Assembly (NCBI GenBank): GCA_002687175.1
Contig: NYZP01000034.1
Coordinates: 27,951-91,950 of the forward strand
DNA length: 64,000 nt
Origin: Parcubacteria group bacterium
GTDB taxonomy: Bacteria; Patescibacteriota; Patescibacteriia; Buchananbacterales; UBA6539
Reading direction: 5' to 3'
Shown: one piece after another, positions 30,884 through 40,955 of the stretch
Numbering within the stretch: the stretch's first letter is position 1
Layout: the number at the start of each line of letters is the position of its first letter
Notes under the pieces: generated by a model
Told to the model about the DNA's origin: nothing
Database searches by the model: none
What the model saw: only the letters and a program-made list of their open reading frames with translations
Made by a program: the position numbers and the translations under genes

Positions 30884-31423
30884 ATGGATAGAGACTATTT
30901 AGATCAAAGAATTCGTAAAATTCCCAATTTTCCTAAAGAGGGGATTTTATTTTATGATGTTACAACTTTATTTGAAGATGGTGAGGCTTATAAAAAAGTT
31001 ATTGATGAAATGTGCAAGAAATATGAAGGCCAACAGATTGATAAAGTTGTTGGTATTGATGCCCGTGGTTTTTTGTTGGCCTCAACCATAGCCTATAAAT
31101 TAGGTGCCGGTGTATCAGTAGTTCGTAAAAAAGGTAAGTTGCCTTATAAAACACGTTTATCTGTCTACGAGAAAGAGTATGGCCCGGACACTATAGAGAT
31201 GCATGATGACACAATTAAGCCTGGTGAAAAAGTGATTATTGTTGATGATCTGTTAGCTACTGGTGGTACGATGCTGGCTTCAATAGATTTGGTTCAACAG
31301 CTTCAGGGAGAAATTATTGGTATTGATTTTATTATCAATCTTTCTTTTTTGCCAGGAATGGAAAAACTCAAAGATTATCGGGCTCATTTTTTAATTGATT
31401 ACGACAACGAGGATATTAATTAA
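30884..31423 (+). CDS. apt: Adenine phosphoribosyltransferase
   Basis: FPKEGILF, ARGF, RKKGKLP and VDDLLATGGT motifs. Confidence 0.95.
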   Translation: MDRDYLDQRIRKIPNFPKEGILFYDVTTLFEDGEAYKKVIDEMCKKYEGQQIDKVVGIDARGFLLASTIAYKLGAGVSVVRKKGKLPYKTRLSVYEKEYGPDTIEMHDDTIKPGEKVIIVDDLLATGGTMLASIDLVQQLQGEIIGIDFIINLSFLPGMEKLKDYRAHFLIDYDNEDIN

Positions 31424-31427
31424 AAAC

Positions 31428-32219
31428 ATGTCAGAGAAAAATATTAAAATTGGAGTGATTGGTGGTTCAGGTCTTGATGACCCTAAATTGTTAACTGATT
31501 TTGAAGAGCTTGAGGTGGATACTAATTTTGGTAAGCCATCGTCAAAATTAATTTCTGGAAAAATTGGTGATCGTCAAGTAGTATTTATTGCTCGTCATGG
31601 ACAAGGTCATACTATTTCGCCAACTAAAGTTCCGTTTCGGGCAAATATTCAGGCCTTGAAAGACGTCGGCTGTTCGCATATCTTAGCGGCCACGGCTTGT
31701 GGGTCGTTACGTGAAGAATTAAAACCCGGTGATATTATTTTTTTAGATCAATTTATTGATAATACAAAACTAAGAACCATAACTTTTTTTGAAGATTTTA
31801 AGGATAAGGTGGTTCATACTCCAATGGCTGAACCATTTTGTCATAACTTACGTCAGATATTTATTGAAGCAGCTAAAAATTTAAGTTTGTCATTTCATGA
31901 AAAGGGCACAATGGTGACCATTGAAGGTCCGCGGTTTTCCACTAAGGCCGAATCACACATGTTCCGCAGCTGGGGAGCAGATCTTATTAACATGTCTACG
32001 GTACCAGAAGTAAGCTTAGCCAGAGAGATTGGTATTTGTTACAGTTCGGTAGCGATGTCAACTGATTATGATTGCTGGAAAGAAGATGAAGAACCAGTAA
32101 CCTGGGAACAGATTAAAAAAATTATGGATCAAAATTCAGAAAATGTAAAAAAATTATTTTTGGAAGTTATACCCAAAATTAATTTTTATGACTGTAGTTG
32201 TAAAGGGACATTAGGATAA
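31428..32219 (+). CDS. mtnP: S-methyl-5'-thioadenosine phosphorylase
   Basis: IGGSG, RHG, EGPRFSTKAES, NMS.VPE and TDYDCW motifs; ATG 31428. Confidence 0.92.
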   Translation: MSEKNIKIGVIGGSGLDDPKLLTDFEELEVDTNFGKPSSKLISGKIGDRQVVFIARHGQGHTISPTKVPFRANIQALKDVGCSHILAATACGSLREELKPGDIIFLDQFIDNTKLRTITFFEDFKDKVVHTPMAEPFCHNLRQIFIEAAKNLSLSFHEKGTMVTIEGPRFSTKAESHMFRSWGADLINMSTVPEVSLAREIGICYSSVAMSTDYDCWKEDEEPVTWEQIKKIMDQNSENVKKLFLEVIPKINFYDCSCKGTLG

Positions 32220-32239
32220 TCAACAATTAGAATTTTAAA

Positions 32240-33922
32240 ATGATTTTTAGCTCGCCTAAAACTCGAACCATCTTTATTGTTATTTTTTTAGTAGCGACGA
32301 TTCTACGTTTGTGGTCTTTGAGTTCAGCCGACATGTTCAATGATGAAGTTTATTATGGTTTAAGGTCGATTGGCTATATTGATTATGTTGGCCTAACCAC
32401 TCAAACTACGCCAATTGATTGGTTTGATCCTTTACCTAAATGGACTAGGCTTTCTTTTCATGATCATCCACCTCTGGTGTTTTTTATCCAACATATCTTT
32501 TTTAGTCTTTTTGGCGTATCGGTTTTTGTCACCAGATTACCGTTTGTTTTGGCCGGGTTGATTTCTATTTTTTTAATTTTTATAATAAGCAAAAAATTAT
32601 TTGATGAAAGAACCGCCTTGGTCGCTTCGGCTTTAGCAGCCATATTATCTTTGTCGGTTTGGGTTTCACGGCTGGCCTTAATGGAATCAATGGTAATAAT
32701 GCTTATTCTGATAGCTTGGTATTTATTCCTAAAAGTTTTGGAAGATAAGAAGTATTTTTATTATTGGGGCGCAGTAATTGGTCTATGTTTTTTAGCTAAA
32801 TACACAACTTTTCCCATCCTGATTGTTTTTTTAATTTATTTGGCAGTTTATAAGCGTCAGGTTTTCAAAAACTACCGTATTTATTTGAGTCTTCTGTTGG
32901 CGTTAGTTATTTTTAGTCCAGTGTTGATTTATAATATTTTACTATTTCAAAATACTGGACATTTTGATTTACAAATTGCCGCTTTTCTTAATCAAGATGT
33001 GCCTGAATGGCAAACTTTAACTGACAAGATATCTGGGGGGCCAATTGATAATTTTTTGGCTATTGGTCCGGGATTGCTGGGGGCTTTTTCTCCGGCCAGC
33101 TTGACCCTTTTAATTTTGGCGGTATTTTTCTCACTTGTTAAATGGTTGAAGCGAAAAGAGTCCAGCCCGTTTTTGTTAGTTTTATTTTTAGCATTTTATT
33201 TTTTATTATTCATTGCTATCAAATCTCCTCCACGTTTCATTACTCTTATTTTTCCTTTTGTTGTAATTTTAATTGCCTATTGTTTAACAGCGGTATGGAA
33301 TAATACTGATGGTGTGAAAAATATTTTTTTAGGTATTGGAATAGCTTTATTTTTTATTTATGAATTATTTTTTTCAATCAACACCAATTTAACTATCATT
33401 TCTTATGGTCTACCTAACATAACATTTTCGATGGTTAGACCTTTTTCTTCTGATTTTGCGGTGAGTAAGCTTGATAAATATTTAACTGATGAATTATCTG
33501 GCACAACCTCAGCGGTGATTCCACAAAGTGGCAACAATTTTTTGGATGAATTTATTGCTAATCGAGCTAACAAAGTTGATTTAAGTAAAACACCAGCTTA
33601 TACTTTGTTTGTTTATGACACTCGGCTTTCGGAAATCGTGACCCTCTGGCTTTTCGAGAGACGATTTATCTACGACGCCATTCCCACAACTTATTCTGAT
33701 GATTTTATGAAGCTACTTGATGCCAAGGGTCAAAATACTTTTAACAATTACAATATCTATTATATTACCGGTACCACTTTTGCTCAGTGGCGCCAGGCTT
33801 ATGCCGTTAAAACTCAATCAATTGAACTGGAAAATCGTTTAATTTCTCAAGGTTTAGAACCAGACATAATTTACAACAATTCAAATGTACCAATCTTTAA
33901 AGTTTATAAATTTAGTTTTTAA
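32240..33922 (+). CDS. GT-C (PMT/ArnT-like, family 39) membrane glycosyltransferase
   Basis: DEVYY, DHPPL, RLP and KYT motifs; many TM segments. Confidence 0.85.
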   Translation: MIFSSPKTRTIFIVIFLVATILRLWSLSSADMFNDEVYYGLRSIGYIDYVGLTTQTTPIDWFDPLPKWTRLSFHDHPPLVFFIQHIFFSLFGVSVFVTRLPFVLAGLISIFLIFIISKKLFDERTALVASALAAILSLSVWVSRLALMESMVIMLILIAWYLFLKVLEDKKYFYYWGAVIGLCFLAKYTTFPILIVFLIYLAVYKRQVFKNYRIYLSLLLALVIFSPVLIYNILLFQNTGHFDLQIAAFLNQDVPEWQTLTDKISGGPIDNFLAIGPGLLGAFSPASLTLLILAVFFSLVKWLKRKESSPFLLVLFLAFYFLLFIAIKSPPRFITLIFPFVVILIAYCLTAVWNNTDGVKNIFLGIGIALFFIYELFFSINTNLTIISYGLPNITFSMVRPFSSDFAVSKLDKYLTDELSGTTSAVIPQSGNNFLDEFIANRANKVDLSKTPAYTLFVYDTRLSEIVTLWLFERRFIYDAIPTTYSDDFMKLLDAKGQNTFNNYNIYYITGTTFAQWRQAYAVKTQSIELENRLISQGLEPDIIYNNSNVPIFKVYKFSF

Positions 33923-33925
33923 ATT

Positions 33926-34909
33926 ATGAATAGAAGTATGCCCGCCAAAGGCGGGTCCGCCTCTGGCGGAAAACAAAAAATTCTAGTGGCCGGTAGTGTA
34001 GCTTATGATCGGATAATGAATTTCCCAGGGTATTTTAAAGATAATATCTTGCCTAATAAAATTCATATCCTAAACGTTTCTTTTTTTATTCAGGATTTAA
34101 AAGAGAGTTTTGGTGGTACTGCCGGTAATATTGTTTATACTCTAGGACTATTAGGTGTTAAGCCAACTCTGTTAGCCAACGTTGGAGCCAAAGATTTTTC
34201 AGTTTATAAAAAATGGTTTCAAAAAAATAAAATTGATATTTCTAAAGTAAAAATTGTTAAAAATCAACAAACTGCCTCAGCATATATAATTACCGATAAG
34301 GCTGATAACCAGATTACTGGATTTTATCCTGGAGCAATGAAAGATCCAATAACTAAGAGTAAAATTGATTTAGCAAAAGTTGGCTTAGCTATTGTATCTC
34401 CTCAGCACCCGGTTGATATGGTAAATCTACCAAAAATTTTTCGAGCAAAAAAAATTCCTTATATATTTGATCCTGGTCAACAAGTAGCCTCACTGTCTGG
34501 TGCTCAATTAAAAAGCGCCATTATTGGCAGCAAGGTTTTAATTGGTAATGATTACGAAATCGCTCTGATACGGAAAAAAACCAGTTTATCTATAAACCAA
34601 CTTCTTAAAAAAACTAATATTTTGATAACCACCTTAGGGGCCAGTGGATCAATGTTGCGACAAGGGAGCAATACAATTAAAATTCCAGCCGCTAAACGAG
34701 CCAATACTCTTGATCCAACTGGTGGGGGCGACGCCTATCGGGCCGGTCTGATTAAAGGGCTAGTAGATGATTTACCTCTACAAAAAGTAGGTCAATTGGC
34801 TACGGTGACAGCTGTTTATTCAGTTGAAAAATATGGCACTCAAGTCCATAAGTTTACCAAGACTGGTTTAGTCAAGAGGTATCGACAAAATTTTAAAGAA
34901 CCTATATAA
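33926..34909 (+). CDS. PfkB-family (adenosine/nucleoside) kinase
   Basis: GSVAYDRIM, FGGTAGNI, FDPGQQ and DPTGGGDAYRAG motifs. Confidence 0.88.
   Translation: MNRSMPAKGGSASGGKQKILVAGSVAYDRIMNFPGYFKDNILPNKIHILNVSFFIQDLKESFGGTAGNIVYTLGLLGVKPTLLANVGAKDFSVYKKWFQKNKIDISKVKIVKNQQTASAYIITDKADNQITGFYPGAMKDPITKSKIDLAKVGLAIVSPQHPVDMVNLPKIFRAKKIPYIFDPGQQVASLSGAQLKSAIIGSKVLIGNDYEIALIRKKTSLSINQLLKKTNILITTLGASGSMLRQGSNTIKIPAAKRANTLDPTGGGDAYRAGLIKGLVDDLPLQKVGQLATVTAVYSVEKYGTQVHKFTKTGLVKRYRQNFKEPI
33942..33969. repeat. GC-rich palindromic element in frame in the pfkB-family gene (encodes AKGGSASGG)
   Basis: ccgccaaaggcgggtccgcctctggcgg; near-identical to 63190-63217. Confidence 0.85.
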
Positions 34910-34940
34910 TTATTTAGTAATTAAATAACTCCAAGTAAAA

Positions 34941-36203
34941 ATGCCACACGACGTTACTTCCCTCAAATTAGCACCTCAAGGTAAAAAAAGAATTGAATGG
35001 GCAGCTCAAGACATGCCCGTCTTAGAAGAGATAAAAGATCGTTTTACAAAGTCAAAACCCTTAAAAGGTTTAAAAGTTTCTTGTTGCTTGCACGTTACTG
35101 CAGAAACTGCCAATTTAGTTCGGGTGCTAAAGGCCGGTGGCGCTAACGTACTTTTGTGTGCTTCCAATCCACTGTCCACCCAAGATGATGTGGCGGCAGC
35201 TTTAGTTAAAAGTTATGGGATTAAAGTTTATGCCAGAACTGGTGAGGATCGGACAACTTATTATAAACATTTAGAAGCGGCTCTGAAACATAAGCCGGAA
35301 GTAACCATGGATGATGGCGCTGATTTACTGTCATTACTTCACTCCAATAAATACCAAAAACAAGCCCTACAAGTCAAAGGTTCTATGGAAGAAACCACCA
35401 CTGGGGTTATTCGTCTGCAGGCTATGGAAAAAGCGGAAAAATTGATGGTCCCGATTATTGCAGTTAACGATGCTAAAACAAAAAATATGTTTGATAATCG
35501 GTATGGCACCGGACAATCAACTTTGGACGGAATAATCAGAGCAACCGATCTTTTACTGGCTGGTAAAACAGTAGTGGTGGTAGGTTATGGTTGGTGCGGT
35601 CGGGGATTTGCCATGCGCGCTCGAGGGATGGGGGCCAATGTTATTGTAACTGAAGTTGATCAGATTAAAGGCCTAGAAGCCGTAATGGACGGTTTTCGAG
35701 TGATGCCAATGAGTCGAGCCGCCAGCGTGGGAGATTTATTCTGCACCTTAACTGGCGATATTCATGTTTTAAGAAAAGAGCATTTTAAAAAAATGAAAGA
35801 CGGAGCGACTATTTGTAATTCAGGCCATTTTGATGTGGAAATCGATATTCCGGCACTTAAAAAATTGTCTCGTAAATTTAGAAAAAATGTTCGTGATTTT
35901 GTTGATGAATATACCTTGCCCGGCAACAGAAGAATTTATTTACTAGGCCAGGGGAGACTGATCAATTTAGCCGCGGCCGAAGGTCACCCAGCCTCGGTTA
36001 TGGATATGAGTTTTTCAACACAGGTTTTAGCGACCGAGTATGTCTTGAAAAATCACAAGAAATTATTAAACAAAGTTTATTACGTTCCAGAAAAAATTGA
36101 AAATTGGATTGCCAAAGCAAAGTTAAAGTCTTTTGGTATCAGTATTGATAAGTTAACCAAAGAGCAGGAGAAGTACTTAGCCAGCTGGGATATCGGAACA
36201 TAG
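34941..36203 (+). CDS. ahcY: Adenosylhomocysteinase
   Basis: [29 protein letters not shown] and AEGHP motifs. Confidence 0.96.
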   Translation: MPHDVTSLKLAPQGKKRIEWAAQDMPVLEEIKDRFTKSKPLKGLKVSCCLHVTAETANLVRVLKAGGANVLLCASNPLSTQDDVAAALVKSYGIKVYARTGEDRTTYYKHLEAALKHKPEVTMDDGADLLSLLHSNKYQKQALQVKGSMEETTTGVIRLQAMEKAEKLMVPIIAVNDAKTKNMFDNRYGTGQSTLDGIIRATDLLLAGKTVVVVGYGWCGRGFAMRARGMGANVIVTEVDQIKGLEAVMDGFRVMPMSRAASVGDLFCTLTGDIHVLRKEHFKKMKDGATICNSGHFDVEIDIPALKKLSRKFRKNVRDFVDEYTLPGNRRIYLLGQGRLINLAAAEGHPASVMDMSFSTQVLATEYVLKNHKKLLNKVYYVPEKIENWIAKAKLKSFGISIDKLTKEQEKYLASWDIGT

Positions 36204-36204
36204 A

Positions 36205-36239
36205 TAATGAGACCCTGAAACAAGTTCAGGGTCTCATTA
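36205..36239. repeat. REP-like hairpin (ctgaaacaagttcag family)
   Basis: taatgagaccctgaa acaag ttcagggtctcatta; core shared with 41276-41338. Confidence 0.7.
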
Positions 36240-36292
36240 AGAGAAATCAACATAGCGCCCCTTTAACGGGGGCGCTTTTGCTTAAGCAAAAT

Positions 36293-36796
36293 ATGATAAA
36301 AGAACGAAAATTAAATAGATATTCAAACTATAATTATAATTTACCAGGTTATTATTTTATTACGATATGTGTCCAGGATCGTATAAAGTATTTTGGAAAA
36401 ATTGGTGATGGTCGGATGATTTTAAATAAATACGGAAAAATTGCAATTAAATATTTAATGAAAATCCCAAATTTTTATACGAACGTTGCCATTGATGAAT
36501 TTGTGATAATACCAAATCATATTCACATTATTATTGAAATTAAATCCGTAGGGACAGAACAATGTTCTGTCCCTACGGGGGTCAAAAATATTAATTATGG
36601 TTTATTGTCAAAGGTGGTTAAATCCTTTAAAGACGTTACAACCAAAGAAATTCACGGTGCATTGAATGATTACCATTTTCAATGGCAACGTTCCTTTTAT
36701 GATCATATTATTCGAGATGAAAATGGTTTATATAATATTAGGCAATATATAATTAATAATCCTTCGCAGTGGAACAGAGACAGAAATAATGTTTAA
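36293..36796 (+). mobile_element. REP-associated tyrosine (Y1 HUH) transposase, RAYT-like
   Basis: GYYFITIC, PNHIHII and WQRSFYDHIIR...IRQYIINNP motifs; internal GTAG...CTAC palindrome. Confidence 0.88.
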
Positions 36797-38171
36797 CACA
36801 AATTCCAAAATTTTTAGATTTTTTTTAATCTGTTTTATTATAGGTGTCGCTCTGGCATCATTTATTGCAATTAATGATTTTTGGTTGTTTTTGATGGGAT
36901 TATTGATAATGATTGGTTCAGTTTTTTTATGGTCAAAAAAATTTTGGCGCTTTATATTTATCGGCGTAATTATTATTGTTGTAGGAATTTGGCGTTATCA
37001 ATTTTCTGTACCAAAAATAGATGAAACAAAAATATCTTTTTATGTAGAGCAACAAGTTTTTTTTAAAGGTCTGGTAGTCAAAGAAGCTGATCAAAGAATT
37101 AACCATACAAAATTAACTGTTGAGGTTCAAGGATTAGAGAATAAAAAAGTTAACGGTAAAGTCTTAGTCGGTGTACCGTTATATCCTAAGTATCAATATG
37201 GTGACTTGGTTAGCATTAGCTGTAAATTGAGGTCGCCCGAGCCATTCAACGGTTTTGCTTATGATCGATATTTGGCAAAAAGTGATATCTACTCTCAATG
37301 TAGCTTCCCTCGAGTTAAATTAATTAGCCGTGGTAATGGAGACTATCTGTTAACTAAAATTTTTGAATTTAAAAATAAATTAAAATTAATCATTAATAAA
37401 AATTTACCAGAACCACAGGCCAGTTTATTTTCGGCTATTTCGTTAGGGTCACGGCGTGGTGTGCCTCAAGAATTGTCTGACAAATTCAGCATTACTGGCA
37501 CTAGCCATTTGATTGCTATTTCGGGAATGCATATTACCATTATCACAGTCATTCTGATGAAAATTGGTTTAGCGCTTTACCTGCCTCGCAAAAAAGTTTT
37601 CTGGTTAGTTACTTTAATGCTAATTGGCTATGTAACGATGATTGGTTTTCCAGCATCAGCGGTTCGCGCTTCCACCATGGGTTTTTTAGCAATGTGGGCT
37701 TTGTATCTCGGTCGACTTAATCAATCGGTGAATGCTTTAATCTTTGCCGCTTTTGTCATGATTTTGGTAAATCCTAAAATTTTGCGTGACGACATTGGTT
37801 TTCAGCTATCTTTTTGTGCGGTTATAGGTTTAATTTATATGTCACCAATGTTTGAGAAGTGGTTGGCAAAAATGCCGTCGTATTTGGGAATTAAAGAATC
37901 GTTACAAATGACCCTGGCGGCTCAGATTACCACTATGCCATTAATTATTTTTAATTTTGGTCGGTTATCTTTAATTGGTCTGTTAGCAAATCTTCTAGTT
38001 TTACCAGTTTTACCTTATTTAATGATCGTTGGTTTTAGCGCTTTATTATTAAGTCTTGTCTTTACAAGCTACAGTTTTTATTTATTTTGGCCAGTATTTT
38101 TTATTTTATCTTATCTAATTAAAGTAATAGAGTGGTTAAGTCTAGTACCGTTAGCGGCAATAAATTTTTGA
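36789..38171 (+). CDS. comEC: ComEC/Rec2 competence channel (DUF4131 plus Competence domain)
   Basis: GTSHLIAISGMH, SAVRA, DIGFQLSF and NLLVLP motifs. Confidence 0.92.
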   Translation: MFNTNSKIFRFFLICFIIGVALASFIAINDFWLFLMGLLIMIGSVFLWSKKFWRFIFIGVIIIVVGIWRYQFSVPKIDETKISFYVEQQVFFKGLVVKEADQRINHTKLTVEVQGLENKKVNGKVLVGVPLYPKYQYGDLVSISCKLRSPEPFNGFAYDRYLAKSDIYSQCSFPRVKLISRGNGDYLLTKIFEFKNKLKLIINKNLPEPQASLFSAISLGSRRGVPQELSDKFSITGTSHLIAISGMHITIITVILMKIGLALYLPRKKVFWLVTLMLIGYVTMIGFPASAVRASTMGFLAMWALYLGRLNQSVNALIFAAFVMILVNPKILRDDIGFQLSFCAVIGLIYMSPMFEKWLAKMPSYLGIKESLQMTLAAQITTMPLIIFNFGRLSLIGLLANLLVLPVLPYLMIVGFSALLLSLVFTSYSFYLFWPVFFILSYLIKVIEWLSLVPLAAINF

Positions 38172-38199
38172 AGAAAAACCGCAGCTTCATTTATATCCT

Positions 38200-39063
38200 A
38201 TGCGATCAAATGTCAAAAAAATTATTATTAGCTTGTTTGCTATTTTGATAGCCACTTTTATGATTATCACTTATGTGATTTTTTTGGCCAGCAAGCCATC
38301 GGATTTAAAATTTTATGTTTTTGATATTGGTCAAGGTGATGCGATGTTGATTAGAACTCCCAGCCATCACAATATTTTAATTGATGGTGGTCCGGACAAT
38401 AGCGTTGTCTATAAGTTAGGGGAGTATTTGCCATTTTATGACCGCACTATTGATTTAATGATTTTGTCACATCCTCACACTGATCATTTAGCTGGTCTTA
38501 ATGAAGTCTTAGCTAGATACAAAGTGAAACATATCTTAACAACTGGAATTTTTTATAAGTCAGCGTTTTATGCAGCTTGGCTTAATAGTATTTTAGAAAA
38601 AAATATATTTATGGAAATAGTAACTAAATCAAAAAAAATTTTTTTGGGTGAAACAGAATTAAATATTATATTACCAAATCAAAACTATATTAATCAAGAA
38701 ATCAAAAATTTAAATAATGCTTCGATTGTGATCAAATTAAATTTTGCCAGCACCTCAATTATGCTAACCGGTGACTACGAAGACGAAGAAAGCCTAGTTG
38801 GTGTTCATGATTTAAATGCTGATATTTTAAAAGTAGGTCATCACGGTTCTCACAATGCTAATAGCTTTGAATTTTTATCTGCAGTTAATCCTGCTTACGC
38901 CACTATTTCTAGCGGTGTTGATAATAAATTTGGTCATCCTCATTTATCAACCCTAAATGACTTAAGTAGCTTAGAAGTTAAGGTTTTTAATACTGCTTTA
39001 GCTGGCGATATTATTTTTAGCTCTGACGGAGAGGTTATTACCTACTACTTGAAAAATAAATAA
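38200..39063 (+). CDS. ComEC-type metallo-beta-lactamase-fold domain as a separate gene
   Basis: FDIGQGDA, SHPHTDHLAGL, LTGD, KVGHHGS and NKFGHP motifs. Confidence 0.9.
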   Translation: MRSNVKKIIISLFAILIATFMIITYVIFLASKPSDLKFYVFDIGQGDAMLIRTPSHHNILIDGGPDNSVVYKLGEYLPFYDRTIDLMILSHPHTDHLAGLNEVLARYKVKHILTTGIFYKSAFYAAWLNSILEKNIFMEIVTKSKKIFLGETELNIILPNQNYINQEIKNLNNASIVIKLNFASTSIMLTGDYEDEESLVGVHDLNADILKVGHHGSHNANSFEFLSAVNPAYATISSGVDNKFGHPHLSTLNDLSSLEVKVFNTALAGDIIFSSDGEVITYYLKNK

Positions 39064-39083
39064 AACCTGTTATAATAGTTAAT

Positions 39084-39461
39084 ATGGAAAACAATAGTCA
39101 CAAAATTTTACTAGTAGAAGATGACCCCACTCTACTAGAAATGTACTCAATTAAGGCTAAAGAGGACGGTTTGAATTTAATAGAAGCCGAAGATGGCTTA
39201 ACCGGTTTAGAGTTAGCCCAACAAGAATTACCAGACGTCATTTTACTGGATATTATGATGCCTAAAATGGATGGTTTTGCGGTTTTAACAGAACTAAAAA
39301 AAGATGAGAAAACAAAAAATATTCCGGTTGTGATGTTAACTAATTTGGGCCAAAAGGCTGACGTTGAAAAAGGGAAAAAACTGGGAGCCGTTGATTATGT
39401 CGTCAAAGCTTCGATGACCCCAACTCAAGTAATTGAAAAAGCTAAATCATATTTAAAGTAA
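39084..39461 (+). CDS. Stand-alone response regulator receiver
   Basis: ILLVEDD, LLDIMMPKMDG and DYVVK motifs. Confidence 0.92.
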   Translation: MENNSHKILLVEDDPTLLEMYSIKAKEDGLNLIEAEDGLTGLELAQQELPDVILLDIMMPKMDGFAVLTELKKDEKTKNIPVVMLTNLGQKADVEKGKKLGAVDYVVKASMTPTQVIEKAKSYLK

Positions 39462-39470
39462 TTGTAAATA

Positions 39471-40073
39471 ATGGCAGATCTAAAAAAGGAAAGAACATTG
39501 GTTATTATTAAACCAGATGGTGTGCAACGGTCTTTAATCGGGGAAATTATAAGACGAATTGAAAGAACCGGATTAAAATTCGTTGCTTTTAAATTTTTAG
39601 TGGCAACCGAAGATCAATGCTGGGAACATTATCACAAGGAAGAAGCTTGGTTTTTAGAAAAAGGTAATAGAATAACCCAAGACAGAAAAAATCAAAATTT
39701 ACCAATCGAGAAAGAGCCTTTGGAATACGGCAAAGATATTATTCAATCAAATGTTGATCTTTTTACTTCCGGACCGGTTTTAGCGATGGTGGTGGAAGGA
39801 AATGGTGCGGTTGGTATTACTAAAAAATTAATTGGCGCGACCGAGCCGACAACTTCTGATGTTGGCACAATTAGGGGTGATTACACGTTGGATTCTTATG
39901 AGCTATCAAGTATTGATAATCGGGCAGTCAGAAACTTAGTTCATTGTTCTGACAGTACAGAAGAAGCTGGTCGTGAGATCAAAATTTGGTTTGATGATAA
40001 GGATATAATTAAATACAGATTAGTTGCAGATCAAATTTTATACGATGTAAATTTAGACGGAATTTTAGAGTAG
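39471..40073 (+). CDS. ndk: Nucleoside-diphosphate kinase
   Basis: ERTLVIIKPDGVQR, GTIRGD and NLVHCSDS motifs. Confidence 0.93.
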   Translation: MADLKKERTLVIIKPDGVQRSLIGEIIRRIERTGLKFVAFKFLVATEDQCWEHYHKEEAWFLEKGNRITQDRKNQNLPIEKEPLEYGKDIIQSNVDLFTSGPVLAMVVEGNGAVGITKKLIGATEPTTSDVGTIRGDYTLDSYELSSIDNRAVRNLVHCSDSTEEAGREIKIWFDDKDIIKYRLVADQILYDVNLDGILE

Positions 40074-40168
40074 GTAGATCATATAACATACAGCATGTAG
40101 CAATTAATGTTCAACAAGGCGCAGAAATGCGTTTTTTTGATTATATTTAATCTGGAGAGTTATTTTTA

Positions 40169-40524
40169 TTGTCATCCCTGCGAAAGCAGGGATCCAGAAA
40201 TACTATGAGAAGTTACTATACATATATTTTAGCCAGTAAGAGAAATGGAACGCTTTATATTGGTGTTACTAATGATTTAGTCAGGAGAGTTAATGAGCAC
40301 AAAGAAGGTTTGATTAAAGGTTTTACCAGAAAATATAAAGTTAAAATGCTAGTTTATTATGAAGAATTTGATGACATTGGCTTGGCAATTCAAAGGGAGA
40401 AAAATTTGAAGAAGTGGAAGCGCAATTGGAAGTTACTATTAATTGAAAACTTTAATTCTAACTGGGAGGATTTGTACTTCAAGTTATTTTAAATGCTGGA
40501 TCCCTGCTTTCGCAGGGATGACAA
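40169..40524. mobile_element. GIY-YIG gene bracketed by perfect 29-bp inverted repeats, each itself a hairpin
   Basis: ttgtcatccctgcgaaagcagggatccag (40169-40197) and its exact reverse complement (40496-40524). Confidence 0.75.
40205..40492 (+). CDS. GIY-YIG nuclease family protein
   Basis: YYTYILAS.RNGTLYIGVTNDL.RR..EHK and AIQREKNLKKWKR.WK motifs; ATG 40205. Confidence 0.92.
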   Translation: MRSYYTYILASKRNGTLYIGVTNDLVRRVNEHKEGLIKGFTRKYKVKMLVYYEEFDDIGLAIQREKNLKKWKRNWKLLLIENFNSNWEDLYFKLF

Positions 40525-40660
40525 ATAAAGGAGCAGTACGTTAAATAGTTGCTACAGGCTTTGTGCTATATGTTACATGAAAATAGCCTAAAATAGGCTG
40601 TTTTTTTATTATGGTCGCCAAAAGTGTACTGGACAATGATGGACAGTGGATATCTTATGC

Positions 40661-40689
40661 TTGACAATGCTGGACAAGATCTTTAAAAT
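40661..40689 (+). promoter_or_regulatory. Sigma70 promoter overlapped by phased TGGACA repeats
   Basis: TTGACA-17-TAAAAT; tggaca at 40630, 40640 and 40671. Confidence 0.7.
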
Positions 40690-40727
40690 TAAGTCAAGTT
40701 GACCAGATTGGTCGCTAAACAAAAACT

Positions 40728-40904
40728 GTGCCAAACTATAATGTTCTAACCCTCGAAGAGGTTGCAAAGATCATGAAGGTAAGCCTTAAAACGGTTTACC
40801 GCTGGGTTGGTTCAAAAAAATTACGGGCAGCGAAGATAGGGCACAAAACATATCGGGTTTTAGAGAAAGATCTAATTAAGTTCATAAACGATCATATGGA
40901 ATGA
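40728..40904 (+). CDS. Excisionase/BldC-like HTH (HTH_17) protein, 58 aa, absent from the ORF track
   Basis: GTG start; MPNYNVLTLEEVAKIMKVSLKTVYRWVGSKKLRAAKIGHKTYRVLEKDLIKFINDHME. Confidence 0.85.
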   Translation: MPNYNVLTLEEVAKIMKVSLKTVYRWVGSKKLRAAKIGHKTYRVLEKDLIKFINDHME

Positions 40905-40955
40905 ACTGATTAGGTCTTTTTTGCTACCTAATTTTTATAAGTCGTTAGTTAAACA

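Noticed and set aside
40169-40204. ORF-track N-termini that start inside repeats (40169, 41333, 36278)
   Set aside because: These starts lie in or next to hairpin elements; downstream ATGs at 40205, 41357 and 36293 fit better
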